Source: an uncultured virus (IMG/VR IMGVR_UViG_3300017642_000062)
Taxonomy: Duplodnaviria; Heunggongvirae; Uroviricota; Caudoviricetes
DNA length: 64,000 bases
IMG/VR virus record: IMGVR_UViG_3300017642_000062
Direction: 5' to 3' (one strand)
In this document: positions 25,347 to 35,199 of the stretch, one piece after another
Layout: every line of letters starts with the position of its first letter
How positions within the stretch are numbered: position 1 is the stretch's first letter
Program-made: the position numbers and the translations under genes
Notes under the pieces: generated by a model
What the model was told of the DNA's origin: nothing
What the model saw: only the letters and a program-made list of their open reading frames with translations
Database searches by the model: none

Positions 25347-26968
25347 TATTCCTCTCCTTCTTTCTCGCTCAAAATAGAAGCGGTCATACTCACAGGCTCA
25401 GTCCCTCCGTTGGCATCTGCAAGCATCTCGTTTTCGCGTTTTAACTGCTCGACGTTCTCTTCCCAATTTCCACCGCCCATCTCGAGGGAAACCTGTTCAT
25501 GAGTCTTAAGGGCGTTCTGGATCTGAAGTACAGCGGCCTTTGCCTCCTTCAGCGGGTCAAGCTGAGACTGCACCGGCCCGATCCAACGCGCACCGCACCA
25601 TGCGGCGCGAATCAGAGGATCGTCAAAGAATCCGGGAGCCTTAATCCGCCCGCGGGCGACAGCCTCCGCAAGCCATACCTCATAGGTCGGCTGGCAGAAA
25701 TCAGACGCGAACCATTTCCTGCGCATTCTGAATTCGTCCCATGCGTCCATCAGCGCGCCGCGCGCGGAGGAATAAGAAGAGTTATATTCCTTGATCAGAA
25801 CGTCATACGGGAGCCCGAGCCCGGCTCCGATGAGCTTGCAGAAGGTCTTAATAAACTCATCAAACCCGGTGGTGGGAATATTCGGATTTCCGAACTTGAT
25901 ATCTTCTCCGTCCTCCAGATGCGCGACGGTGCCGGGCCCCATTTTGTATTCATTCGGGCTCTCCGGAGAAAAGTCCACGTCCGGGTTCTCTCCCGGAATG
26001 CCGGCAATATTTCCGGCTCCGACTTCGTTGATTGGGATTTCGTCCTGGTCAGTTTTCGTGACAATCCATGCCGTAAAAAAGCTCTGAACAAGCGCGGCCA
26101 TCAAGGCGCTCTCCGTGTAGCGGCGCAGCTGGAGCAGCGGTTCAATTACCTGCGCCAGATAAGTGACGCCGCGGTACTGATCGCATCTCTCGCTATTCAT
26201 GATGTGCAGGATGTTCGGAAGGCCTGTGCTTTGACCGTAAGCCTCCACGCGAGTCCACACCACTGGCTCAGATGTAATTTGCCAAGGATAAGTATTCCGG
26301 ATGTGGTAGGCAACGACCATCCCGTTCCCATCAACCTCTACGCCGTCGTAAATTTTGTTCCCGGTCGCCGGATTTAATCCGTCCGTCATGCTTGGATAAA
26401 GCATTCCGCCTCCGTAGTCCGCCGGCGTGCTCACACGGTCAGCTTCCACGAGATGGATTCGGAGGGAGTAAGGGTTGACCTGTGTCGGCTGATACCGTTT
26501 GAATACCGGAAAAACATCTCCGGACATCAGCCACGAAATAAGCGCGAGCTGCTGCATACCGTCAAAGTCGTTCATGCCGGTTGCATCGCAGTTTGCCTTC
26601 CGGCTTGACCAGAGCGCCCATTCCGCTTCCGTTCTCCGCTGCCAGTCCTTTGCCGCTTCCGGCGACAGACCGAGTACGTCGCGGTCAACGGTGCTGTTCA
26701 GCGCCAATCCGACGCCTACAATTTTTGTTCGGTTTGTATTGATGGCGCTGGTTGCGACGGGCGTGGACATATACAGCATCCGGCCCCTCTGCCGGAGCGT
26801 GTAATTGTTCCAGTTGATATCTTCATTTGGAGAGCCGCTCTTCGGAGAAAACCCCTTCATCGCCCGCCGCGTTACGCTTGCGCCGGCCTCGCTGTAGCCT
26901 TTGGCCTGCGGCCGCGCAGAATCAGGCAAGAGAAGCCCTGTTTTTTTGTCCTTGTAGATAACGGCCAC
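25346..26968 (-). CDS. Portal protein, lambda family
   Basis: LRQRGRML, QYRGV, YSSARGAL, LDPLKE. Confidence 0.95.
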   Translation of the reverse strand: MAVIYKDKKTGLLLPDSARPQAKGYSEAGASVTRRAMKGFSPKSGSPNEDINWNNYTLRQRGRMLYMSTPVATSAINTNRTKIVGVGLALNSTVDRDVLGLSPEAAKDWQRRTEAEWALWSSRKANCDATGMNDFDGMQQLALISWLMSGDVFPVFKRYQPTQVNPYSLRIHLVEADRVSTPADYGGGMLYPSMTDGLNPATGNKIYDGVEVDGNGMVVAYHIRNTYPWQITSEPVVWTRVEAYGQSTGLPNILHIMNSERCDQYRGVTYLAQVIEPLLQLRRYTESALMAALVQSFFTAWIVTKTDQDEIPINEVGAGNIAGIPGENPDVDFSPESPNEYKMGPGTVAHLEDGEDIKFGNPNIPTTGFDEFIKTFCKLIGAGLGLPYDVLIKEYNSSYSSARGALMDAWDEFRMRRKWFASDFCQPTYEVWLAEAVARGRIKAPGFFDDPLIRAAWCGARWIGPVQSQLDPLKEAKAAVLQIQNALKTHEQVSLEMGGGNWEENVEQLKRENEMLADANGGTEPVSMTASILSEKEGEE

Positions 26969-27070
26969 CTCCTAACGTAGTCATAAAAAAACGAACCACC
27001 CAGCGGCGAAAGGAGCAACAAACTCCGCCGGGCAGTTCGTGGCAAAGCCCTTTCGGGCAAATACCCATAT

Positions 27071-27328
27071 TCACCAATCTTTCGGAACGACGCCGAACGC
27101 TCTGCGGGGTTTCCCGCCGTTCAGCTGCGCGGTCAGCTCATCCACCTTGCTCTCTGCCTGCTCAATCTCTTTTTCAAGAGCCGGAAGGTCGAGCTTCGTG
27201 AGTTGCCGGTCGTCTACGGTATAGCTTTTTACTCCGCCGTCCACGAGCGCGAGATACGCAGCGCGCAGCTTTGTCAAAGCGGCCTGCCGAAATTCAAGCC
27301 GCGCTTTTATCTCAGTTTTGCTTGCCAT
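27071..27328 (-). CDS. Head completion protein gpW-like
   Basis: GVKSYTVDDRQLTKLDL; between TerL and portal. Confidence 0.8.
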   Translation of the reverse strand: MASKTEIKARLEFRQAALTKLRAAYLALVDGGVKSYTVDDRQLTKLDLPALEKEIEQAESKVDELTAQLNGGKPRRAFGVVPKDW

Positions 27329-27340
27329 GAGGCTTCCTCC

Positions 27341-29263
27341 TTACCAATCGTCATATTCGCTTCGATTCGGAGCGTTGCTCCGCTTGCGATTACGGTTTTG
27401 AACCGGCGCTGGGGGCGTTGCAACACCGCTAAGCGGCTGTTTCCCCCTTGCCTCCCGTAGTCGCCTGTCGAGCGCGTCGAGGTCGGCAGGGAGCGCCTTA
27501 AACGCCGCGGCCGCATAGTTCCTGCAGTCGAGCGGTTCGTTTCTCTCGTGGCCGGGAATCTTCTCCCATTGCCACGGCTGCTTCTTGTCGGCCTTATAAA
27601 CCAGACGTTCCGACAGCAGTCCCTTGAAATAAGCGCCTCCGTAATCGTCCCGCTTTGGAAAATGGCTGTAATTGGCGCCGGGCTTCTGAACCTTCAGGTC
27701 ATCCATAATGATTTGCTTCCCGGAATCAACGCCGAGTTGGTATTGCCAGCAGGTTCCGATTGCGCGCTTGTTTACCACAATCTTCTGTTTTTTGGGCGGG
27801 GATGTGAACGGCTTGTCCGGACCGGGCATACCCTTAATGCAAAAGACTTTTTTGTGGATTCTCGCCCTGCACTGCATTCGCACATCCTGCGTGAAGTGAC
27901 CGCCCTCGTCCACGAAGGACATTGATATGCGAAGTCCTACGCCGTCTTCAAACCGAAGAACTCGGTCAAAGACCATTTCGTCCAGCTTTGCCCAGGTAGC
28001 ATCATCATCAGGCCTCCCCATGACGATGCCCTTCTCGATTCCCCAGTTCTCGCCAAAATGTCCATGCCCGACAATCTCATATTCCATGCGGTCATCCTGC
28101 GTATCGACGCCAGCTGTCAGCACAAGAACGCCATCGGGAAGCTCTGCAGGGTATATCTCCCGGCGCGCCATTAAGCTGTCCTCGTCCTCCAGATCTCCGC
28201 GGTCTTCCCACAGCCATCCGAAGCAGGTATTGTAAACGACCTGCAGCTTTCGTGAACTGCCGATCGCCTGAAGGTATTTTAGAATGATTGTTTCCCAGCT
28301 CGCCCATACCGACACAAAAGCATTGAGCCAGAAAGAACGCACGCCGTGGGCGTAGGCGTCCGGGTTCTCAGCTTCCCAATGCGCCGGCTGGCGTTTCATC
28401 TCCAGTTCTTCAGATACGCAGGCGCAGCCTGGACAGACGTACCAGATTTTTGTTACCTTGTATGTCTTATTCCCGGCAATTACGTTCTCCTCGTACTCGA
28501 AGCGGATATCTTTGAAGTCTATTTCATGGAATCCTCCGCAATGGGGGCATCTGGTTTTCCATCGTTCCATGGTTCCTTCCGCAAAAGATGCCTCAATCGC
28601 GCTGGCGTTTTTGACCGTCGGAGTCGAAACTTCCACGGCTTTTGCGTTATAAAACGTAGTCTGTCGCGCCATTGCCAGTCCCCACGGGTCGCCTTCCGAG
28701 CCGGCTGACGTCGCCCAGCGGTCACGTTCGTCGCCGATGACATATCGGATAGGTTTTGACGCCAGTGCGTGAGCTTCGGTAGACCCGCACATTGTGAGGA
28801 TTCCGCCGGGGTACGTTTTTTGCAGAATGGTATTGCCGCTGTCGCGGCTCTTTGGGTCGCTGACTTTCTTTTTCAGCGTGGGGCAGTCTCTGATCATCGG
28901 CGCGATTCGGAGCTTGGAATACTCCTTTGCGTCGATGGTAGTCGGATGTATAAAAAGAACAGATCCCGGATCTTCATCAATGATGTACCCGAGAATATTG
29001 TTTTCAAGCTCTGATTTTCCGACCTGCGACGCGGCGACCATGACGATGCGGCGCACCTTTGGGTCAGTGAAAGCGTCCATTGGTTCTCGGAGATATGGCG
29101 TCCGGGATGTGCGCCAGGGGCCCGGCTCGGCGCTGGCTTCTGAGGAGAGGCGGCGTTTCCGCTCCGCCCATTCGGTAACCGTCAAATCATCGGGCGGCTT
29201 CATTGCGGCGAGAGCCTTGGCAATGGCAATGTTCAGCCGAAGCGCGTCCTTCTTATTCGTCAT
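27341..29263 (-). CDS. terL: Terminase large subunit, lambda GpA family
   Basis: EPGPWRTSRTPY, ASQVGKSE, GDERD, VSTPT, GVDTQDDR, RNEPLDC. Confidence 0.96.
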   Translation of the reverse strand: MTNKKDALRLNIAIAKALAAMKPPDDLTVTEWAERKRRLSSEASAEPGPWRTSRTPYLREPMDAFTDPKVRRIVMVAASQVGKSELENNILGYIIDEDPGSVLFIHPTTIDAKEYSKLRIAPMIRDCPTLKKKVSDPKSRDSGNTILQKTYPGGILTMCGSTEAHALASKPIRYVIGDERDRWATSAGSEGDPWGLAMARQTTFYNAKAVEVSTPTVKNASAIEASFAEGTMERWKTRCPHCGGFHEIDFKDIRFEYEENVIAGNKTYKVTKIWYVCPGCACVSEELEMKRQPAHWEAENPDAYAHGVRSFWLNAFVSVWASWETIILKYLQAIGSSRKLQVVYNTCFGWLWEDRGDLEDEDSLMARREIYPAELPDGVLVLTAGVDTQDDRMEYEIVGHGHFGENWGIEKGIVMGRPDDDATWAKLDEMVFDRVLRFEDGVGLRISMSFVDEGGHFTQDVRMQCRARIHKKVFCIKGMPGPDKPFTSPPKKQKIVVNKRAIGTCWQYQLGVDSGKQIIMDDLKVQKPGANYSHFPKRDDYGGAYFKGLLSERLVYKADKKQPWQWEKIPGHERNEPLDCRNYAAAAFKALPADLDALDRRLREARGKQPLSGVATPPAPVQNRNRKRSNAPNRSEYDDW

Positions 29264-29849
29264 CGAACTCACGCCCAATGCCGGAGCCCCAATCCATTCT
29301 CTCGCGGACGCGCTCCTCGTATTTTTCCGGGTCGTACTTATAATTTGACAGCTCTCTCATTGCCTTGTGGATCTCTTTGCGAATGATCTCCGCAGCTTCA
29401 GCGGCGGTAGAAGCAGCGGCGACGTCAACCGCAAGCCTGCCCGGAAGAGCGATAAGCGTACCTCTCACGGTATAGATAAGGTCTTCCGTGAGCGCTGCCA
29501 CATCTTCCGATCTGTGCATTTTCCCTTGGAGCTCCTTTGCTTCAAGGTTTGCAATCACGGCCTTTGATTTCTTGATGCCGATCTCGGCATCCCACCGCTC
29601 CATCTCTTTTTCTTCGGTGGCTTTTTTCTCCTCACGGCCAGAAGCCTTGTCCCGGAGGTGCCGCACATAGGATCTTGTCGATTCGACGATGTTGTATCTC
29701 ATTCCGGCCGGAGTTTTTCTCTTCGTAAGAATGCCGTCCCGCGTGAGCTGTCCGATCCATTGCGCCGAAGTGTCGAACAGGCTTGCCAGCGCCTCAGTCT
29801 TGCAAAATCCGGCAGATTCCTCGGGTTTTTCTTTACGCTGCGTTGGCAT
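29253..29849 (-). CDS. terS: Terminase small subunit (Nu1-like)
   Basis: N-terminal wHTH (LASLFDTSAQWIGQLTRDG), coiled coil, LIALPGRLA; overlaps terL. Confidence 0.85.
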   Translation of the reverse strand: MPTQRKEKPEESAGFCKTEALASLFDTSAQWIGQLTRDGILTKRKTPAGMRYNIVESTRSYVRHLRDKASGREEKKATEEKEMERWDAEIGIKKSKAVIANLEAKELQGKMHRSEDVAALTEDLIYTVRGTLIALPGRLAVDVAAASTAAEAAEIIRKEIHKAMRELSNYKYDPEKYEERVRERMDWGSGIGREFDDE

Positions 29850-29979
29850 TTTCCTCACTCCTTTATGTAAATTATCTATCCCTAACAACGAAAGTCCCGG
29901 ATTTTTCGCTGTGCTAACTGCGTGTTTTTTGGGGTCGTCGAGCCCGCAGGCTTTGCCCGCCCCCGCTCACAGTACCTTT

Positions 29980-30153
29980 TTATCTTCCGTATCGATTTCT
30001 GTTCATTGTGTCTTGCCAACCTCTGAACTTATCTCGTGTGACCTCATCCTTTGCACACTGCTTCTCGCATCCTTTGTTCGAGCGACAGCAGACGCAGACG
30101 GTCTTACCATCACGAAGGTCGACATAGACCTTGATCGTCTCCTTACTATCCAC
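29980..30153 (-). CDS. Small Cys-rich protein (57 aa), not in ORF track
   Basis: GGAGG RBS, GTG start: VDSKETIKVYVDLRDGKTVCVCCRSNKGCEKQC... Confidence 0.55.
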   Translation of the reverse strand: MDSKETIKVYVDLRDGKTVCVCCRSNKGCEKQCAKDEVTRDKFRGWQDTMNRNRYGR

Positions 30154-30197
30154 CTATGCCGACCTCCGTTCAGTATTGGCAGTCATGCCGCCATTGT

Positions 30198-32126
30198 TTA
30201 ACTCTCCTTGCTGCTATCCAGCAAACCCTTCATGACAAAGCTAACGCAGGGAAGCGCTACTCCGTTCCCCCACATTTTGTATTCTGCTGCATCAGAGTGC
30301 AGCTTGTTATACCATCGAAGCATCTGCTTCCTCGAATAGTTCTTTGCCCGGCCGCCAGTGATGATGTCGTGTGTGTTCCGAACCTCAAGCCAGAAGCTAT
30401 ACTCATCATCGTTCAGGTCGTCCTTAATTTGGATTGTACCCCAGTCCGAAGGGAAGCCTTGCAGTCTGGCGCATTCGATTGGCGTCAACCTTCTGACGAC
30501 ATACTCAACTCCGTTTGACATTGGGATGAGCATATCAGAGTAAGCGTCCTGCCCGTTGAATCCACCCGGATGAGCGCCTGCGGCAATCGTCCCGGTAACA
30601 TCTTGGTACGGCTGTCCCACGAGCGGTGCGTCCTTGTAGTCTCTCGCCATCAGCGTGGACACCTTTTCCTCATTGGTTATCCCATAGCTTCCGGTAGTCA
30701 TTGAGTAGGCTACAGCGTGTCGATCAACAGTATTGAGCGTGAAGCTCAGATCTTCATCGATTCCTGGTCCCTGCGGACCGTTCTTGTCCTCCCGGCCTAT
30801 CATCGACCCCTGCAGGACATAAGTCTGCTGCTTTGTTCCAGACGCGCACAGCGCCCCAGCTTTATTTCCAAGCGTCCTAACCTCGTCCCGCTGATTCTGT
30901 GTGAATGGAATAGCGTCGACTATGGCAATACCGCCTTGATTGCAGCTTGGGTTCCCGCCTTTTGCGTCGATGGTTCTCGCTGTCCCGGCTTCGTAGATTC
31001 CACTGTCAGGGTTTATCGACTTCATGGCGTTTGAATCCTTGGAGCAGATCCCGTATGCCTTTGGTACGAATGCCGTTTGTCCGTTGCCGGACTCAGGCTT
31101 TATATCGAGCGTAAGCGGCACATTCCCGCCGCCTTTTCCCATCTGAGCGGCGAGTGTTTGAACGGTCCCATCATCACGGATCTTTATTCGGCTGTCCTGC
31201 GGGTGACTTTCTATTGACACCCCGGGAACAACTCCCGCTCTCAGCGTCGGAGATCGTTCCTTTTCGTACCCGATCCCGCGGCTCTTTGCCGAATGCTCTG
31301 TGCAAAACCCGGCGGCTCCGATCACACATGGCGGGTGATGTGCTTCGGCTCTCAGCGTCCCTGCGTGGCCGTTCGTGACGTCCATTCTTTTCCCGCCCTG
31401 ATCGTTTAGGCATATGACTGCCTTATCAGCGCAGTTCTCAGGATCTCTGGCAGCCTCTTTCCACGGGCTTCCGACCGGCGAATAATCCCTTGACACGCCT
31501 TCCGGCTCAAAGAGAATCTCTCCGGCACGATCACTTGCAAAATCTGCGACAAGATAGATACGACGGCGGCGTTGGGCGACTCCGAAATATTGCGCGTTAA
31601 GAGTTCTGTATGCCAGGCTCCATCCGTCTCCCATGTAAATGTCTGCGTGTGGCCATCCGTCCTTTTCAGGCGAAGGCACCTCGGCCCCCAGCTCGCGTAT
31701 CTGGATGATTGCGTCGATGACCGCTTTGAAATCGGCGCCTTTGTTTGAGCTGAATGCTCCCGGGACGTTCTCCCACAAGGCGTATCGTGGGTATCTTCCA
31801 TGTGTGCTGCACCTCATTTCCTTGATGATTCTGACAGCCTCGTAGAAAAGCACCGACTGCTTTCCATTGAGGCCTTCGCGCCTTCCGGCGAGTGATAAGT
31901 TGGTGCACGGACTCCCAAAGGAGATGATATCGACAGGTTCTATCTCTGCACCGTTGATTTTTGATACATCGCCAATGTGCCGCATCTGAGGCAGCCATGT
32001 CCTGGTAACCGCAATCGGGTACGGTTCTATCTCTGCCGCCCAGATCGGAGTTATCCCATGCAGAAGACCGCCAAGCGGGAATCCTCCGGAGCCATCAAAT
32101 AGGCTCCCAAGCGTGAGCCTATTCAT
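30198..32126 (-). CDS. DNA (cytosine-5)-methyltransferase with long variable region
   Basis: SLFDGSGG, FGSPC, WENVPG, QRRRR, RRLTPIECARLQGFP, GNGV. Confidence 0.95.
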   Translation of the reverse strand: MNRLTLGSLFDGSGGFPLGGLLHGITPIWAAEIEPYPIAVTRTWLPQMRHIGDVSKINGAEIEPVDIISFGSPCTNLSLAGRREGLNGKQSVLFYEAVRIIKEMRCSTHGRYPRYALWENVPGAFSSNKGADFKAVIDAIIQIRELGAEVPSPEKDGWPHADIYMGDGWSLAYRTLNAQYFGVAQRRRRIYLVADFASDRAGEILFEPEGVSRDYSPVGSPWKEAARDPENCADKAVICLNDQGGKRMDVTNGHAGTLRAEAHHPPCVIGAAGFCTEHSAKSRGIGYEKERSPTLRAGVVPGVSIESHPQDSRIKIRDDGTVQTLAAQMGKGGGNVPLTLDIKPESGNGQTAFVPKAYGICSKDSNAMKSINPDSGIYEAGTARTIDAKGGNPSCNQGGIAIVDAIPFTQNQRDEVRTLGNKAGALCASGTKQQTYVLQGSMIGREDKNGPQGPGIDEDLSFTLNTVDRHAVAYSMTTGSYGITNEEKVSTLMARDYKDAPLVGQPYQDVTGTIAAGAHPGGFNGQDAYSDMLIPMSNGVEYVVRRLTPIECARLQGFPSDWGTIQIKDDLNDDEYSFWLEVRNTHDIITGGRAKNYSRKQMLRWYNKLHSDAAEYKMWGNGVALPCVSFVMKGLLDSSKES

Positions 32127-33348
32127 AGCAATTTACCGTTTTGTACGGAATGGACTGACCTTCTCGAATGACCTTCACATCGGCGTCGCTTCCCGTAAGG
32201 CCGATATACCGCTTAACGATGACGTCGCAGTATTTTTCTTCGATCTCGGCCATCCGGCAAACGCGACCGGCTCTCTCGCAGGCAATGAGTGTGGTCCCGC
32301 TCCCTCCGAATGGGTCGAGTACGATTCCGTGCATTGCGCTGGAGTTCTTGATGGGGTACTCGATGAGATCCACCGGCTTCATGGTCGGATGATCCATGCT
32401 GACGGTTGGGCGGTCGAACTCCCAGACGGTGGTTTGCTTTCGGTCGCTGTACCAATTGTGCTTTCCGGACTTCTTCCACCCGAACAGCACTGGCTCGTGT
32501 TGCCATTGGTATGGGGAGCGCCCCATGACGAAGGACTGCTTTTTCCAAATGCAGCATTCCGAGAGATAAAATCCGGCGTCTGCAAACGCCTTCCTGAAGA
32601 TGAACCCCTCAGTATCAGAATGAAATACATAGATTGATGCGTCCGAGGCCATTGACCATTCTATGTTCTGGAACGCAGAAAAGATGAAGCTGTAAAAAGC
32701 CTCATCTCCCATGTTGTCATTCTTTACTTTTCCGGCAACGCCCTCGTAGTTCACGTTGTACGGAGGGTCTGTTACAACAAGGCTTGCCAGCTCTCCGTTG
32801 AGCAGCCTTTCAAAAACCGCCGGATCTGTGCTGTCTCCACAAATGAGCCTATGGCTTCCGAGCAACCAGATATCTCCGCACTGGGATATGCACGGCCGCT
32901 CCAGTTCTTCCTCGACGTCAAAGTCATCATCATCAGCGCCGGCTGATACGCCAGCAAATAGGAGCGCCAGCTCTTTATCGTCAAAGCCGGTCGGCTGCAT
33001 AGCTGCGCCGCTTTTTGTTATGTCCGAAAGAAGAACTACAAGCTTGTCTTCGTCCCAATCACCGGTAATCTTGTTGAGCGCAATATTCAGACGTTTTTCA
33101 TCGACATCAGAAAGGTCAACAACACTTACTTCGCTCTCATCGACACCCATATCCTGAAGGACGCGAAGCCGCTGGTGTCCACCGACGACATTCCCGGTCG
33201 CTTTGTTCCATACGATTGGTTCAACATTTCCGAAGGCAAGCATCGACGCTTTGAGTTTTTCGTATGCCGGGTCGCCCTGGCACAGTTCTTTTCTCGGGTT
33301 ATATTTTGCTGGGTTTAATTCCGATAGCCGCATCTTCACGATTTCCAT
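32119..33348 (-). CDS. ParB-N domain + N6/N4 DNA methyltransferase
   Basis: YNPR...VVGGHQRL; TDPPYN; HPTMKP; LDPFGGSGTT. Confidence 0.93.
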   Translation of the reverse strand: MEIVKMRLSELNPAKYNPRKELCQGDPAYEKLKASMLAFGNVEPIVWNKATGNVVGGHQRLRVLQDMGVDESEVSVVDLSDVDEKRLNIALNKITGDWDEDKLVVLLSDITKSGAAMQPTGFDDKELALLFAGVSAGADDDDFDVEEELERPCISQCGDIWLLGSHRLICGDSTDPAVFERLLNGELASLVVTDPPYNVNYEGVAGKVKNDNMGDEAFYSFIFSAFQNIEWSMASDASIYVFHSDTEGFIFRKAFADAGFYLSECCIWKKQSFVMGRSPYQWQHEPVLFGWKKSGKHNWYSDRKQTTVWEFDRPTVSMDHPTMKPVDLIEYPIKNSSAMHGIVLDPFGGSGTTLIACERAGRVCRMAEIEEKYCDVIVKRYIGLTGSDADVKVIREGQSIPYKTVNCYE

Positions 33349-33587
33349 GTGAAGACCTCCTTTGTGAGCTGTCACCACCTCACGCTTGGCAGGCGCAAGA
33401 TCTGACGCATGACCGCTCACAAAGGAGAAATGGGCGGTCAAACCCTCCTTTCGGATAAAAATAGACGACCCTCGCGAGAGGGCCGTCCGGCTTGATTGGA
33501 ATTTTACATTTTGCAGTGTAACTCATTACCTACCGACTTGTAAAGGCATAAGCAGGAGCTCGCGTGCACCGCGTGGCACCGGGTGGA

Positions 33588-33998
33588 TCATTGTGGATCT
33601 CTATCCATGTATGAGTAGCACAATTTTCTAACGCTTTCGTCCGTATTTCGTCCCCCAAGGATATCAGCCGTTTCCTGCCATGTTAGTCCTCTCAAAAAGT
33701 GAAGCCGCATGATAACGCAAACTCTATCGTCCGTCACCGCGGCTATGTATTCGGTAATAATCTTCTTGGCACCTTCGATTTCTACCTCAATGAAGCGTAT
33801 CCGCTCCTTCATATCCGCGATTTCAACAGCAAGATCTCCGACCTTATCCCGGACGCCCGGTGCATGGGGCATCCCTGTCAATACTTGTGCTCCGGGGCAA
33901 GCCGCAGCTTCAAGCGATTTCAGTATTTCTTCGTCCCGGCTCAACCGCTCACGCAGTTTGAGATACTGAGACAGCTCTTGCAAGGTCAAATGGCTCAC
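33588..33998 (-). CDS. RinA/ArpU-like late transcriptional activator
   Basis: LTGMPH...coiled coil...RLHFLRGLTWQETA sigma4-like HTH; just upstream of packaging operon. Confidence 0.8.
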   Translation of the reverse strand: MSHLTLQELSQYLKLRERLSRDEEILKSLEAAACPGAQVLTGMPHAPGVRDKVGDLAVEIADMKERIRFIEVEIEGAKKIITEYIAAVTDDRVCVIMRLHFLRGLTWQETADILGGRNTDESVRKLCYSYMDRDPQ

Positions 33999-34010
33999 CC
34001 CCCTACGTGA

Positions 34011-34265
34011 TTACTTCTTCCTCCTAAAGCTCTCCGACTGCGGACAGGTGCTGAAGTGCGAAACATATCCAAGACCCGTCGCTTTGTTTATGTCCCCTTC
34101 AAAATCGCAGCTTATGACCTCGCCATTCGGAGTAACAACTTTCCCTGCGGCACCGGATCGAGCCCAGTATGTTACCGGCTCGGCGTTGCACGGAATCGAC
34201 TTTCCGGATCCCGTTTTGATCCAGATTATTTCAGCGCCGCATCCGCGGCACGTTCCTTTTCCCAT
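34011..34265 (-). CDS. Hypothetical Zn-binding protein
   Basis: CRGCGAEIIWI...SHFSTCP. Confidence 0.75.
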   Translation of the reverse strand: MGKGTCRGCGAEIIWIKTGSGKSIPCNAEPVTYWARSGAAGKVVTPNGEVISCDFEGDINKATGLGYVSHFSTCPQSESFRRKK

Positions 34266-34422
34266 AGATGCCTCCTTCGTCCATTCTCAGCTGCTCCGGC
34301 AGCTCCTCCACGACAGATACCACTTTGGAATCTCCGAACCGTTCTAAATACTGGGCGAGATCCTCTTTGACGCCAACAGCCTGCCCGGCCGGGGCGTTTA
34401 CATGAATTGTGATTATAAGCAT
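34231..34422 (-). CDS. Hypothetical protein
   Basis: MLIITIHVNAPAGQAVGVKEDLAQYLERFGD; operon packing. Confidence 0.55.
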   Translation of the reverse strand: MLIITIHVNAPAGQAVGVKEDLAQYLERFGDSKVVSVVEELPEQLRMDEGGIYGKRNVPRMRR

Positions 34423-34429
34423 GGCGGCA

Positions 34430-34615
34430 TCAATCATACTGCCAATCGCCGAGTGAAACAAGTTTTCCGCACTCCGGGCATTTAACTTCCGGCCATTCAT
34501 CCGACCAGCCCTCAGGAGCGTCAACGCTTTTGAACGGGATTGATACTTCTTCCTCACAAAAAGGGCACTCAAAGTTAATTGAAACAGGCTTTGATACGAT
34601 GCGAAAATCAGCCAT
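34430..34615 (-). CDS. Small Zn-ribbon protein
   Basis: CPFC...CPEC; GGAGG RBS. Confidence 0.7.
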   Translation of the reverse strand: MADFRIVSKPVSINFECPFCEEEVSIPFKSVDAPEGWSDEWPEVKCPECGKLVSLGDWQYD

Positions 34616-34775
34616 TTTTCTTGTCCTCCTTTTTCAGCAGCCCGCATCTGCTGGGGCTGTTCTGACATTTGTTTTTGCACCACCGCAGGTTGCAGTCTGC
34701 GCAGCAGTAACTTCCGCGCCGGCGGTCGCAGTTGAACGTGCTGCACATACGAACTGGACGCTTCTGCTCACGCAT
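34608..34775 (-). CDS. Small Cys-rich protein
   Basis: MREQKRPVRMCSTFNCDRRRGSYCCADC... Confidence 0.55.
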   Translation of the reverse strand: MREQKRPVRMCSTFNCDRRRGSYCCADCNLRWCKNKCQNSPSRCGLLKKEDKKNG

Positions 34776-35199
34776 TGCCGTCGCTGTATTGCGGAAGGGA
34801 GAGCTGTCCGGACTTATACGCCTGATAAAGGGTGTGTCCTCTACCATCCGTCAGATAGGGCAGGAACACTTCTTCCGCCTGCACGTTCCCGCTTTCAATG
34901 AAGGCGATCTGCGCCAGCACCCAATCCCTAATATTTCGCCATGCAGTTCGCCGAGCCTGCTCCTGATCGGTCTTAACCTTCTGACGCCTGAAAACCTCCG
35001 CGACTCCATCCACATTGGCCGGCAGAACAAATCCTCGCGGCCCATCTGCTGTGTTCAGTGCGAAAGCAACCCCTGTCGGCATTCCATCGCTTCCATAGTC
35101 CACCATGATCTTGCAGGCTCCGTTCCGTGCCAGGGCCCCTTGAATTTCTCCAAGGCTCGTATAAACGTCAATTTTGGTCGTGTAATTTTTTATCGGCAT
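34768..35199 (-). CDS. Conserved hypothetical phage protein
   Basis: MPIKNYTT...QARRTAWRNIRDWV...EVFLPY. Confidence 0.75.
   Translation of the reverse strand: MPIKNYTTKIDVYTSLGEIQGALARNGACKIMVDYGSDGMPTGVAFALNTADGPRGFVLPANVDGVAEVFRRQKVKTDQEQARRTAWRNIRDWVLAQIAFIESGNVQAEEVFLPYLTDGRGHTLYQAYKSGQLSLPQYSDGNA

Noticed and set aside
9615..29849. Lambda head plus P2-like tail as a novelty
   Set aside because: Common architecture among gut Firmicutes myoviruses
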